From NCBI RefSeq assembly GCF_964213995.1, contig NW_027590136.1, positions 1,302,001 through 1,366,000 on the forward strand: a stretch of DNA of 64,000 nucleotides, given 5' to 3'. Origin of the DNA: Mustelus asterias (Eukaryota). Position numbers and translations under genes: made by a program. The notes beneath the pieces were generated by a model. It saw only the letters and a list, made by a program, of their open reading frames with translations, was not told the origin of the DNA and searched no databases. Below are positions 1 through 12,992 of this stretch, piece after piece. The stretch's first letter is position 1. Each line of letters starts with the position of its first letter.

Positions 1-291
1 GGCTACTGTGCGGACTGCCATCAGTTCTGCTGATACTTCTGTCAAGGCTTGCCCTGTTTTTCGAGCTTCAGCTGCAGTGATATTAGCCAGTTGTTCCAGG
101 GCTGTGGCCATCAGAATTAACTCGTTTGCCGTTCTTCCTGTCCCATATAATGGAAAGGCCATCATAAAGAACCAGTCAGTCTTACTGATTGTTCGTTTTG
201 CTCGCGAAGGATAGCTTCGTAGGGAAGTCATGTGGTGCATATACGGCACTACATATCCCATATAACAGGAGCCTGTCCAGTTCACAGGAAG

Positions 292-1084
292 AAGTTTAAC
301 AACACCAGGTTAAAGTCCAACAGGTTTATTTGGTAGCAAAAGCCACACAAGCTTTCGAGGCTCTGAGCCCCTTCTTCAGGTGAGTGGGAATTCTGTTCAC
401 AAACAGAACTTATAAAGACACAGACTCAATTTACATGAATAATGGTTGGAATGCGAATACTTATAACTAATCCAGTCTTTAAGAAACAAAACAATGGGAG
501 TGGAGAGAGCATCAAGACAGGCTAAAAAGATGTGTATTGTCTCCAGACAAGACAGCCAGTGAAACTCTGCAGGTCCACGCAACTGTGGGAGTTACAAATA
601 GTGTGACATGAACCCAATATCCCGGTTGAGGCCGTCCTTGTGTGTGCGGAACTTGGCTATCAGTTTCTGCTCAGCGACTCTGCGCTGTCGTGTGTCGCGA
701 AGGCCGCCTTGGAGAACGCTTACCCGAATATCAGAGGCCGAATGCCCGTGACTGCTGAAGTGCTCCCCAACAGGAAGAGAACAGTCTTGCCTGGTGATTG
801 TCGAGCGGTGTTCATTCATCCGTTGTCGCAGCGTCTGCATAGTTTCCCCAATGTACCATGCCTCGGGACATCCTTTCTTGCAGCGTATCAGGTAGACAAC
901 GTTGGCCGAGTTGCAAGAGTATGTACCGTGTACCTGGTGGATGGTGTTCTCACGTGAGATGATGGCATCTGTGTCGATGATCCGGCACGTCTTGCAGAGG
1001 TTGCTGTGGCAGGGTTGTGTGGTGTCTTGGTCACTGTTCTCCTGAAGGCTGGGTAGTTTGCTGCGGACAATGGTCTGTTTGAGG
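292..1084 (-). mobile_element. Penelope-like element 3' fragment: GIY-YIG endonuclease + pLTR, with TSD TCACAGGAAG (282-291, 1085-1094)
   Basis: ORF 592..1119: CKTC, NVVYLIRC, WYIGET, RMNEH, GLNRD; exact 10-bp flanking duplication. Confidence 0.92.
346..382 (-). ncRNA. Minimal type I hammerhead ribozyme in Penelope pLTR
   Basis: Minus strand: cac CUGAAGA aggggcuc-a-gagccuc GAAA gcuu gug. Confidence 0.7.
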
Positions 1085-2063
1085 TCACAGGAAGCCAGGG
1101 ATATGCCTTTGTACTGCATATAAAGTAAGTTCCATTGTAGGCCGTAAAGTTATCAGCCAAAGTCATCCAAGGTTGTACAGCTTTTCCTTCCCATTGTTGT
1201 TTGATGTGATGTTGCATATTTCAGTCCAGTCTATTTTGAACATACCAGCTGTACTTAAATCTTTCACAGGTGGTTGCCATTCTAGAGTTTGCTGATATTT
1301 ACTTTCTCCAACTCTTGCTCCATCCACATTTTTCTTTAAACAGAAGGATCCTGGTCCATTTGATTTTTTAGGACCGTCAGTACAGGTGGGAACTGGGAAT
1401 GGTCGTAGGTCGGTTGGTACCATGTAGCAAACCTGATCATTCTATACCCAGCTGACTCCCACATTGTCATGTTTCCTCCTTCCCCTGTCTTATTTTGTCT
1501 CAATATCCATTCTATAGTTTCTGAAATCTGAAAGGGGAGAGACTGGAGTGGTAGGCCTTCTTGGGAATGGCTTGGGACATGAGTGCAGACCCAACATTTG
1601 CTTATGTTCAATCTTTCTGCATACATATATGACATATATAGGTAAGTATTTATATGCGATCTGTCTTCTTCCTGTTCATTTTTACTCTTGCCACCCCTCA
1701 TACTAAGTACTAGTATTATCCCCATCCATCCTACCCCTACTTTTCCCATGCTATCACAAGGAGGGAGAGTACAATTTATCACAGTTTTACACAATTCTTT
1801 TTCCGCGCTTAGTCGCCGCTACTACTATGTAGTTTATACAGTCTTTCAGCTTCAATTTCAGTGATTTCTCTTGTTTTGTCAGTTCAGTTGATAGCTCAGT
1901 TTCCTGGGTCGAATTCGATGAACCATGAACTTGAGCGGTAGAGTTTGTGTCAACAGTCCTTGTTCCTGAGGAAGGAAAATACTGATCACTGGTATACAAA
2001 TCAAATTTCCATCTTCTTTTAACGCATTGAAACAGATCTTCCCCTCTTTTGCAGTCTTTAGTG

Positions 2064-3957
2064 CTACATTGCAAAACAAGGAGCGTCAGTCTCAATCAAA
2101 GTTATCATGAGTCTATTCGGTGGGGGTAATTCAACTTGACCCCATTCCTGGACTTCTTGTTCGGGGATTTGTTCATTCTCTATTCGCACTACCATTTGTC
2201 GCATCATTAGTCTGGTAATAAAAGATCTCAAAGCAGGCAGTAAACAACAAAACATTAGTCCAATTATGATTATTACTACTACTATTATAACCCCTGCCTT
2301 TGCAAACCATGCTCCCCATTCTCCGAATACATTATCAAGCCAATTCCAAATATTATGGCCAAATCCAGCATTGTCATGCATTTCTTTCCTCAGATTTTGT
2401 AATTTGGTCATAGCTTTAGTGAATGAACCTTTTGGATCAGTGTTGTTAGGGATGAATGTACAGCATTGATCGCCAAACATAACACATACACCCCCTTTTT
2501 CTGCTAATAGCCAATCTCGTGCTTGCCTATTCTGCCAAGCCATTTTGCTAGTTGCATCTAACTGCTCACCTAGTGCAGTAAGAGCCTCATCAGTGTAGTT
2601 AATGAATCTCTGCTGATTGTAATAAATGTAATTAATCCATTCAGTGTTTTTGTTGGGGGTAATCCAAATTAGAATGGATTCAAACCCCGCAGCTATCTCA
2701 TTTCTCGCTTTAAATTCATTGGGGATTCCACGAGGTTGTCCTATTGCATCTAACTTTATTTCTGGATTAGGTGTGTATGACCTTCTCACTCTTCGACCTT
2801 CCATTTCATGTTCCATTGGTAGCAGGACAGTATTTTGTGCCAGCATGACCCTAGCACACAATCCAATCCACCGGCAGTTTTGCCATTAACCCCTTTTTGG
2901 GATCACACAGCCACCACAGATCAGCTAATTGGTTTACCTGTGATTCCAACACTTGTGCGGGAGGTGGTGTTCCCCCTTTTTGTGGCACATATAGACTACG
3001 GACATCCCCTATGTTCCATATTCTTTCACAATCCCTGGTGTAATTTCCTAATTCAGTTCCCTTACTATTTTCCCTCCAGTAACAATCTTGAATCAACAAA
3101 GCTGGTTTCATTTTCCATTCTTTTGGGTCTACTTCTACTGTCGTTCTAGGCCATTTTGGACATCTGTGGGTCAAATTATACGTACCTCTTCCTACCCCTG
3201 CATATAAGATACAGTGATATTGGCACACAGGTGCCTTCCCAGTACACAAATTATTGCAAGTGGATTCTGAACAATTTATTACTTGAGCAGTGAATGTCTG
3301 GCCCCCTATAGTGTACTTTCTCTCATAGGTTGGATATTTACTTTGACAATTTTCTTTTTTCCATTTTTGCTGCCAATCCCTACAATTCTTTGATCCCCAA
3401 GGTATATCTATTATCCAAGTACGAGGTTTCTCTGAAGCACATATCACACATTCTTTCCCATTATTATTTTTGTATCCTGTGTATTCAGCCCATTTCCACC
3501 ACTCATTTCTCTGTGCTTTTTCCCAAATTGTATCTGCTGCTACTGACCGCTTGTGATTTCTTTTTCTTAGTTGATAATAGGTAGAATCCCGATTACCTTC
3601 CTTACTCATCTTGCTGTTTGCTAATTCCTTAGTTTTTATTTTCCACATTTTTCTTCCTCCTCGGACTTTTAGTGTTGTGTCTGCTATAAATTGCTCTTTT
3701 CTATTATTCACCCAGGAAGTCTTTGGTGGCAATGGTTTCCAAGTCCCAAGTCGGTAAGGGGGCGGGAGCTGCTGCCCCTTCTTCCCCGCTTCCTGTACTA
3801 GGACCAGGAACATCATCTGGCCCATCATCCAAATCAAACTCAATGTTATCCTCACTATCCTCCCTCTCTGCATCTCTATTTTGATCTGGCACAGAACTAT
3901 TGGAACTTTCTCCTGTGTTTTCTTCGTCCCCACTACTACTTCTCTCCGGGCTTTCAA
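2064..3957 (-). pseudogene. env: ERV envelope 1 (SU+TM), frameshift near 2855
   Basis: Hydrophobic signal (ITLSLIWMMGQMMFLVLV), CxxC (ECVIC), furin site RRVRR, DAIGQPRGIPNEFKARNEIAAGFES, ISD-like QNRQARDWLLAEKGGVC, CX6CC (CVMFGDQCC), TM anchor AGVIIVVVIIIIGLMFCC. Confidence 0.9.
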
Positions 3958-4803
3958 CTTCGACAGCCTCTCTATCTTCCCCTATACCTGGTATTGTCCT
4001 AGTACAATGATTTAAATGGTACCACAGTGTACTGCCTTCTACTTGTAAGGCTGTGGGTGAAACTCTGGTAACATCGAAAGGTCCTTCTCTTCTTGGTTCG
4101 TCCCAGCACCTTCGGAATTTCCTGATGTATACTCGATCTCCAGGTCTGATTCGGTGGTCAGCCGCTGGGCTTTCTTCCTCTTTGGCTTTTTCCTGTTCAA
4201 ATATAGTTCTATGTATAACAGTTAATTGCTGCATCTACTCTTTAGTGTCCTGATCTAAACATTCTAATGTAGGGCCTCCTGTTCCCCTAATCTTTGGCAC
4301 GGGCATTAGTCACCCCGTCATCATCTCATGTGGACTTAAGTGTGTTCTTCTATTCTCCTGACTTCGGCATTGCATTAAGGCTAGTGGTAGGGCATCAATC
4401 CAGTTTTTCCCTGTATCGCTACAGATCTTGCTTATTTTGGCCTTAAGAACTCCATTTGCCCTTTCCACCATTCCCTGTGACTGAGGATGGTAGACACAGC
4501 CAAATTTCTGTTTCACTCGGAGCACTGAGAGGGTTTCTCTCAGTACCCTTCCTACAAATGCAGATCCATTGTCTGAACTTAATTGGGCTGGTATGCCAAA
4601 TCGTGGAATGACTTCTTTTGTCAGGAAGTTGATCACTGTTCCTGACCCTTGATCTTTAGATGGTGTTGCTTCTATCCATCTGCTGAATCTGTCAATGATT
4701 ACTAACATATATCTTTTCCCTTTTATCTTTTTCACCATGTCCACATAATCCATACACAGGTGTTTAAATGGTCCCTCAGAAATGGGTATATGTCCTATTG
4801 GAT
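3704..4803 (-). pseudogene. pol: Retroviral integrase (3' end of pol) with in-frame stops
   Basis: ORFs 4310..4753 and 3704..4234: GPFKHLCMDYVDM, MLVIIDRFSRW, SDNGSAF, HPQSQGMVERANG, GPF motif (REGPFDV); stop at 4310-4312. Confidence 0.92.
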
Positions 4804-4805
4804 TG

Positions 4806-7800
4806 TTGTTCCACAGGAGCAGGCTGAGGGTAAGGGAGCTTGTGTGTGCACTAATTTATTTAATTATTTTTCAGTTAAATTCGTGAAAAAAATCGGAGGT
4901 TGTTTTTCTAAACAGGAAATAGGCCCAGCAGCAGCCTGGGAAGGTTTTGGAGGGTTTAAAAGTAGGCCGCACCTTTGAGCGGGCAGCGTCATTAGCGGGC
5001 AGTGGAGTGAGCAGGGGACAGAGTGAGAGCTATAAGGGCTTTGGCTCACAGGGCTTCGGCGAGGAAGGTTGTTTGTTTGTTTTTCTTCGGTTACACCCCC
5101 TTTTTGTTTTATCCCCAAAACTAAAAAGGACATGGCTGGTATGAGTGGGAGGCCAGTATACTGCATCCGGTGTGGGATGTGGGAGTTCCTGGAGACAACT
5201 TGCCTCCCGGAAGTCCATATCTGTGCCAGATGTGTGGAACTGCATCTCCTGAAGGATCATGTAAGGGAGCTGGAGCTGAGGCTCGATGAACTCAGTTTAG
5301 TTAGGGAAAACGAGAGAGTAATAGATAAAAGTTATAGTCAGGTAGTGACACCAGGGTCTCGGAAGGAAGACACGTGGGTCACAGTTAGGAGGGGTAAGAG
5401 TCAGAAGGGTGATGTGCCAGAAAGTACCCCAGTGGCAGTCTCCCATTAAAGAAAGGAATGGGCAACAGATGGGAGAAGGGAAGGGAGTGAGCAGTCTGTG
5501 GAGGGATCCCCTGTGGTTGTCCCCCTCCAAAATAGGTATCTTGTTTTGGATTCTGTGGAGGGGGATGACCCTCCAGGGGTAAACCACGAGGACCAGATCG
5601 CCTCCACGGAGACAGGCTCAGGGGTCCGGAAGGGAAAGAAGGGGTTTAGGAGAGCGATAGTTGTGGGGGACGCAATGGTTCGAGGCACGGACAGGCGCTT
5701 CTGTGGGACTGAACGAGAAGCCAGGATGGTAGTCTGCCTCCCTGGTGCCCGGGTACTGGATGTCTCCGAGAGGGTAGGAAGCATATTTAAAAAGGAAGGT
5801 AGTCAAACGGATGTGATTGTACACATTGGGGGAAATGATGTAGGTAGGAAGAGCAGGGGGGTCATACGAGAGAAATTCAGGGAGTTGGGTGCTAGGCTAA
5901 AAAGTAAGACCTCCAGGGTAGCAATATCTGGACTGCTCCCGGTGCCTAGTGCAAGTGAGGCTCGGAACAGGGAGATTCTACAGTTGAACGCGTGGCTAAA
6001 GGACTGGTGCAAGAGGGAGGGTTTTAAATTCATAGATAACTGGGAAATCTTCAAGTCAGGATGGCAACTGTACAGAAAGGATGGGTTACACCTTAACTGG
6101 AAGGGAGCAAATATCCTGGCTGGGAGTCTTGCTAGAGTGTTTCGGCAGGATATAAACTAGTGTGGCAGGGGGGTGGGGAACAAAACAGGTGGTCAGTAAA
6201 TACTGAGGCTGGGGTCGAGCTGGGGGCCAGGGCAAGGCTAGCTAAGAAGAGGAGCACTCTGGAGGAGGATGACCTGAGTGGGCCTGGAGGTCTGGAGTGC
6301 ATCTGCTTCAATGCGAGGAGTGTAACGGGTAAAACAGACGAACTTAGGGCCTTAATGCTTGTGCGGAATTTGGATGTGGTTGCGGTGACGGAAACTTGGT
6401 TAAAAGAAGGACAGGACTGGCAGCTGAATATTCCGGGGTATAAGTGTTTGAGGCGAGACAGAGGAGGGGCTAAAAAAGGTGGGGGAGTAGCGATATTAGT
6501 TAAGGAGCATATTACCGCGGTGCAGAGGGTAGACAACTTAGAGGGGTCATGTACTGAGTCGCTGTGGGTGGAACTCAGAAACAGGAAGGGTGCAGTCACT
6601 ATGCTGGGGGTGTACTACAGACCACCCAACAGCCCACGGGAAGTGGAGGAAAGGATATGTCAGGAGATTCTGGAAAGGTGCAGAAAACATAGGGTTGTTG
6701 TAGTGGGGGACTTTAATTTCCCTGGCACAGACTGGAAAGTGCTTAGAGCTGGGGGACCGGACGAGGAGGAATTTGTAAAATGCGTACTGGAAGGTTCTTT
6801 GGAACAGTATGTAGATAGCCCGACTAGAGAGGGGGCAATACTGGACCTAGTTCTGGGAAATGAGCCCGGTCAGGTCGTCAAAGTTTCGGTAGGGGAACAT
6901 GTGGCAAATAGTGACCACAACTCTGTTAACTTTAGGATAGTAATGGACAAGGATGAGTGCTGTCCTACGGGCAGGGTGCTAAATTGGGGGAAGGCTGACT
7001 ATAGCCGGATAAGGCAGGAATTGGTGGATGTTGATTGGGAGAGGATGTTCGAGGGTAAGTCCGCGTCTGGCATGTGAGAGTCTTTTAAGGAACTATTGAT
7101 AAGGCTGCAGGATAGGCATGTGCCTGTAAAAAGGAAAGATAGGAAAGGTAGGATTCGAGAGCCGTGGATAACCAGGGAAATTGAGGATCTGATTAAAATG
7201 AAAAGGGAGGCGTACGTTAAGTCCAGGCAACTGAAAACAGATGGAGCTCTGGAGGAATACAGAGAGAGTAGGAAAGATCTCAAACGGGGAGTTAGAAGCG
7301 CAAAAAGAGGTCACGAGATGTTCTTGGCAGGCAGGATTCAGGAGAATCCTAAGGCATTCTATTCATACGTTAGGAACAAAAGAGTTGTCAGGGAGAAAAT
7401 CGGACCTCTCAGGGACAAAGGAGGGGAATTATGCTTAGAACCCAAGGGAATAGGGGAGATCCTAAATGAATACTTTGCATCGGTATTCACGAAGGAGAGG
7501 GGCGTGTTAACCGGGAGTGTCTCGGAGGGAGGTGTTGACCCGTTAGAGAAAATCTCCATTACAAGAGAGGAAGTGTTAGGTTTTTTAGGGAACATTAAAA
7601 CTGACAAAGCCCCAGGGCCTGATGGCATCTATCCTCGACTGCTCAGGGAGACGAGAGGTGAAATTGCTGGGCCTCTGACGGAAATCTTTGTCGCTTCTTT
7701 GGACACGAGTGAGGTCCCTGAGGATTGGAGGATAGCGAATGTGGTCCCGTTGTTTAAGAAGGGTAGCAGGGATAACCCTGGAAATTATAGGCCGGTGAGC

Positions 7801-9162
7801 TTGACGTCCGTGGTAGGGAAGTTGTTGGAGAGGATTCTTAGAGATAGGATGTATGTGCATTTAGAACGGAACAATCTCATTAGTGACAGACAGCATGGTT
7901 TTGTAAGAGGGAGGTCGTGCCTTACAAATTTGGTGGAGTTTTTTGAGGAAGTGACAAAAACGGTTGATGAAGGAAGGGCCGTGGATGTCGTCTATATGGA
8001 TTTCAGTAAGGCATTTGACAAAGTCCCACATGGCAGGTTGGTCAAGAAGGTTAAGGCTCATGGGATACAAGGAGAAGTGGCTAGATGGGTGGAGAACTGG
8101 CTTGGCCATAGGAGACAGAGGGTAGTGGTCGAAGGGTCTTTTTCCGGCTGGAGGTCTGTGACCAGTGGTGTTCCGCAGGGCTCTGTACTGGGACCTATGC
8201 TATTTGTGATATATATAAATGATTTGGAAGAAGGTGTAACTGGTGTAATCAGCAAGTTTGCGGATGACACGAAGATGGCTGGACTTGCGGATAGCGAAGA
8301 GCATTGTCGGGCAATACAGCAGGATATAGATAGGCTGGAAAATTGGGCGGAGAGGTGGCAGATGGAATTTAATCCGGATAAATGCGAAGTGATGCATTTT
8401 GGAAGAAATAATGTAGGGAGGAGTTATACAATAAATGGCAGAGTCATCAGGAGTATAGAAACACAGAGGGACCTAGGTGTGCAAGTCCACAAATCCTTGA
8501 AGGTGGCAACACAGGTGGAGAAGGTGGTGAAGAAGGCATATGGTATGCTTGCCTTTATAGGACGGGGTATAGAGTATAAAAGCTGGAGTCTGATGATGCA
8601 GCTGTATAGAACGCTGGTTGGGCCGCATTTGGAGTACTGCATCCAGTTCTGGTCGCCGCACTACCAGAAGGACGTGGAGGCATTGGAGAGAGTGCAGAGA
8701 AGGTTTACCAGGATGTTGCCTGGTATGGAGGGTCTTAGCTATGAGGAGAGATTGGGTAGACTGGGGTTATTCTCCTTGGAAAGACGGAGAATGAGGGGAG
8801 ATCTAATAGAGGTATACAAGATTATGAAGGGTATAGATAGGGTGAACAGTGGGAAGCTTTTTCCCAGGTCGGAGGTGACGATCACGAGGGGTCACGGGCT
8901 CAAGCTGAGAGGGGCGAAGTATAACTCAGACATCAGAGGGACGTTTTTTACACAGAGGGTGGTGGGGGCCTGGAATGCGCTGCCAAGTAGGGTGGTGGAG
9001 GCAGGCACGCTGACATCGTTTAAGACTTACCTGGATAGTCACATGAGCAGCCTGGGAATGGAGGGATACAAACGATTGGTCTCGTTGGACCAAGGAGCGG
9101 CACAGGCCTGGAGGGCCGAAGGGCCTGTTTCCTGTGCTGTACTGTTCTTTGTTCTTTGTTCT
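4806..9162 (+). mobile_element. Near-full-length CR1 LINE (5'UTR, ORF1, ORF2, 3' tail)
   Basis: 5'UTR homologous to the element at 23617-27835; tail gttctttgttctttgttc; one premature stop in each ORF. Confidence 0.95.
5132..6160 (+). pseudogene. CR1 ORF1 (zinc finger, leucine zipper, SGNH esterase), premature TAA at 5447-5449
   Basis: CIRC..CARC, ELELRLDEL, VGDAMVRG, HIGGND, DGLHLN; ORFs 5069 and 5498 are in the same frame. Confidence 0.9.
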
Positions 9163-9327
9163 TCTCTTCCGCCTTTACCGACCACTGCAAATGTTAAAAC
9201 CTTTTACATCTGTAACATTTTCCCCAGTTCTGATAAGCATAATCGTTCCTCTATTTCTAACTGGAAAACTGCCGCCCATCCAACTGAGCAACTTCAGAAT
9301 TGTACGTTGACATTTTGGACACTATAA
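6160..9327 (+). pseudogene. CR1 ORF2 (APE endonuclease + reverse transcriptase), one TGA at 7075-7077
   Basis: NARS, VTETW, GDFN, SDH; PGNYRPVSLTS, DFSKAFDKV, GVPQGSVLGP, FADD. Confidence 0.95.
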
Positions 9328-9604
9328 CGTTCCTGGTGCATTCGAGTACATGTGATCACTGGGATTGAGGGAGGTCATGCAGCCACTTACGGAAATGTCG
9401 TAACTCCCTGTACGAATATATCTGCAAACATCTCCTTAAATATCTAGGGTTCCAGCCACCTTCCATTCAAACCGGCAATTTATTTCGCACATTTACCACT
9501 TTCTGTGAATGAGAAGCATTTTTCGATATTATCCCAGAATTGCACTTTTTACTTCGAACCCGTGTCCCCGAGTCCCTGTCTACAATTAACGTTGGAGTAA
9601 AATT

Positions 9605-10259
9605 GAAAGTTGGGAATCAAGTAGATAAGGTTGTTAAGAAGGCATATGGTGTCTTGGCGTTTATTGGTAGGGGGATTGAATTTAGGAGTCGTAGCGTTAT
9701 GTTGCAACTGTACACAACTCTGGTGCGGCCGCACTTGGAGTACTGTGTGCAGTTCTGGTCCCCACATTACAGGAAGGATGTGGAGGCTTTGGAGAGGGTG
9801 CAGAGGAGGTTTACCAGGATGTTGCCTGGTATGGAGGGGAGATCCTATGAGGAGAGGCTGAGGGATTTGGGATTGTTTTCGCTGGAAAGGCGGCGGCTAA
9901 GAGGGGATCTTATTGAAACATATAAGATGATTAGAGGTTTAGATAGGGTGGATAGTGATAGCCTTTTTCCTCTGATGGAGAAATCCAGCACGAGGGGGCA
10001 TGGCTTTAAATTGAGGGGGGGTAGTTATAGAACCGATGTCAGGGGTAGGTTCTTTACCCAGAGGGTGGTGAGGGATTGGAATGCCCTGCCAGCATCAGTA
10101 GTAAATGCGCCTAGTTTGGGGGCGTTTAAGAGATCCGTAGATAGGTTCATGGACGAAAAGAAATTGGTTTAGGTTGGAGGGTCACAGTTTTTTTTTAACT
10201 GGTCGGTGCAACATCGTGGGCCGAAGGGCCTGTTCTGCGCTGTAATGTTCTATGTTCTA
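9605..10259 (+). mobile_element. 5'-truncated CR1 LINE 3' fragment
   Basis: LVRPHLEYCVQFWSP...FFTQRVV; tail gttctatgttct. Confidence 0.92.
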
Positions 10260-10639
10260 CATGATGTATCTAATATTCTTGTAGGTACCAATCAGACACT
10301 TGGGTGGGGAGCTGATTGAGAGAAACACATGACCCTCTGTAGCGAGTCACACCGGCCAGAATCTATCTTTTGGGTTGATTTATTTCACAGATAGAAATAG
10401 TTCAACACGAGATAGGAAGTGAGAACAGCGCAATCATTTCTTAAGCACAGACCCCAGGAGGTTAACTGCACCAGTTGTAGGAACTCACACAGTTTCCATT
10501 TGACCTGCCTGCCCTTCTCTCTGTGGTGGGGAGATTGATGCACCTATTGCCTGGCTGCCATCGGTTGGCTGAGCAGTTCTGTGGTTGGGGACCTGCACTT
10601 GCTTTGACAGAGGAGTTCATTGTCTGCAGAGTTACAGAC

Positions 10640-11240
10640 AACGGGAGCGACATTCGGAACTATCTCTTTCCTTCCTGCTAACTCTGCAACATCTCAGTAA
10701 GTATTTCCTCCCGAGTAATACTCCACTCTCCCCCTAACCGCACTAAACAATGTATTCTTGTTTGTAAAATGGTGACAATTACGACATTAGCAGATCCAAA
10801 ACATTTTACTTGTCCTTTTACTTCCAACATGTTGCGAATCTGATTTTTAAATTCTCGCATGTTTGACCTTTCACCATTGGAACATCTTTTTTGACAGATC
10901 TGAGTCATGGAAACGCTATCAGCAGCTGCTATTCTCCGGAGTTAAGACAGAAGGAGAAGCGGTGACTTTAACCTCCATCTATAAGCCTGCACCGAGCGAC
11001 TGCAATGATTTATACTGCTACCGGCAACATTCCTGAAACAAAGCCAGAGCTTATTCTGATCAAGTACGCGGGAGGTTCAGCGATGAGACAGGTTTTGCCA
11101 AATACTTATTTTGGGAAATTTAACAGCTTGACAAGAAAATTCACTTTCCCCATCTCTGGGCTGTAACTGAGAGGCACTGCAATTTATTTCTGCTCCCTGA
11201 GGCATTCAGTGATAAAAAGTTAAATTCACGGCAGGAAACT
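10640..11240 (+). pseudogene. TCR alpha/delta-type V segment pseudogene (leader relic, intron 10697-10897, V exon, degenerate RSS)
   Basis: GTAAGT donor at 10697, TTTTGACAG acceptor at 10897; broken frames SHGN..KTEGEAVTL..YRQH..KPELIL..FTFPISGL*LRGTAIYFCSLR; TTCAGTG...CAGGAAACT. Confidence 0.75.
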
Positions 11241-11295
11241 CTCGCCTCTTGGCAGGACAGAAGTTGCCAATGTACATTATAGCATCGGTGAAATA

Positions 11296-11502
11296 GAATC
11301 ATGGAATCCCTACAGTGCAGGCTATTCACAAAGGGGCAATTTAGCACGGCCAATCAACCTAACCCGCACATCTTTAGACTGTGGGAGGAAACCGGAGCAC
11401 TCGGAGGAAATCCACGCAGACGCGGGGAGAATGTGCAAACTTCACACAGACAGTGACCCAGGTCCCTGGAGTTGTGCGGCAGCAGTGCTAACCACTGTGC
11501 CA
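11296..11502 (-). mobile_element. HE1/V-SINE-like SINE fragment
   Basis: Reverse complement of the SINE at 31097-31435. Confidence 0.8.
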
Positions 11503-11757
11503 AGTGTGAAAAAAAAACGATTCATACAATCTGACAGTCGTTTGCGGTAATTTACTATTTCATCTCTATCTGTCTTTCGTCGGTGCAAGTTACCCCGAGT
11601 CGCCCACATATTCTGAATTAAATTTCATGAAATTTAAACGCATTCGCCGAAGGGGGCATGAGGAGGTTGGTTCAGTTGTTGGTTTGATTGACGTCATGGG
11701 TAAGAGATTGTGTTCTTTTCATCTTTAGTAAAAGTGAACGTTATTGTCAAAGCTGTA

Positions 11758-12992
11758 TTTTTTGAAGGGGTAACCAAGAAGGTAGATGAGGGCAGTGCAG
11801 TTGATGTTGTCTACATGGACTTTAGCAAGGCCTTTGACAAGGTACCGCATGGCAGATTGTTGCATAAGGTTAAATCTCACGGGATTCCGGGTGAGGTATC
11901 TAAATGGATACAAAATTGGCTTCTTGACAGAAGCCAGAGGGTGGTTGTAGAGAGTTGTTTTTCAAACTGGAGGCCTGTGACCAGCGGTGTGCCTCAAGGA
12001 TCAGTGCTGGGTCCACTGTTATTTGTCATTTATATTAATGATTTGGATGAGAATATAGGGGGCATGGTTACTAAGTTTGCAGATGACACTAAGATTGGTG
12101 GCATAGTGGACAGTGAAGAAAGCTATCTCCAATTGCAATGGGATCTTTATCAATTGGGCGAGTGGGCTGACGAATGGCAGATGGAGTTTAATTTAGACAA
12201 ATGCGAGGTGATGCATTTAGGTAGATTGAACCAGGGCAGGACTTACTCAGTTAATGGTAGGGCGTTGGGGAGAGTTACAGAACAAAGAGATCTTGGGGTA
12301 CATGTTCATAGCTCCTTGAAAGTGGAGTCACAGGTGGACAGAGTGGTGAAGAAGGCATTCGGCATGCTTGGTTCATTGGTCAGAACATTGAATACAGGAG
12401 TTGGAATGTCTTGTTGAAGTTGTACAAGACATTGGTCAGGCCACACTTGGAATACTGTGTGCAATTCTGGTCACCCTATCATAGAAAGGATAATATTAAA
12501 CTAGAAGAAGTGCAGAAAAGATTTACTAGGATGCTACCGGGACTTGATGGATTGAGATATAAGGAGAGGCTGGATAGACTGGGACTTTTTCCTCTGGAGC
12601 GTAGGAGGCTGAGGGGTGATCTTATAGAGGTCTATAAATTGAGGGGCACAGATCAGCTAGATAGTCAATATCTTTTCCCAAAGGTAGGGGATTCTAAAAC
12701 TAGAGGGCATAGTTTTAAGGTATGAGGGGAGAGATATAAAAGTGTTCAGAAGGGCAATTGTTTCACACAGAGGGTGGTAGGTGTCTGGAACAAGCTGCCA
12801 GAGGTAGTAGTAGAGGCGAGTACAATTTTGTCTTTTAAGAAGCATTTAGATAGTTACATGGGTACGATGGGTATAGAGGGATATGTGCCAAATGCGGCAA
12901 GTGGGTTTAGCTTAGGGTTTAAAAAAATGGGCGGCATGGACAATTTGGGTCGAAGGGCCTTTTTCCATGCTGCAAACCTCTGTGACTCTATG
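11758..12992 (+). mobile_element. CR1 LINE RT 3' fragment, frameshifted
   Basis: ORFs 11710, 12411 and 12774 with DFSKAFDKV, FADD; tail gactctatga. Confidence 0.92.

Larger units (their letters stand above)
1..1794 (-). pseudogene. env: ERV envelope 2 (distinct from env1), frameshifted and split by a Penelope insertion; continues beyond the window
   Basis: Signal (WMGIILVLSM), NISKCWVCTHVP, NGTYFIC. Removing the Penelope restores AYPWLPVNWTGSCYMGYVVP...RAKR (furin), then WFFMMAFPLYG (fusion peptide) and a heptad ending ELMAVRTVA at base 1. Confidence 0.85.
1..4805 (-). mobile_element. Endogenous retrovirus fragment (class I, gamma/epsilon-like): pol integrase + env1 + env2, decayed; runs off the left edge, 5' part lost at the CR1 junction
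   Basis: Integrase DDE motifs and two env-like readings on the minus strand; multiple stops and frameshifts; no LTR visible in the window. Confidence 0.9.

Noticed and set aside
9080-9327. C-terminal extension of CR1 ORF2
   Set aside because: Read-through into the 3'UTR and flank; no domain evidence
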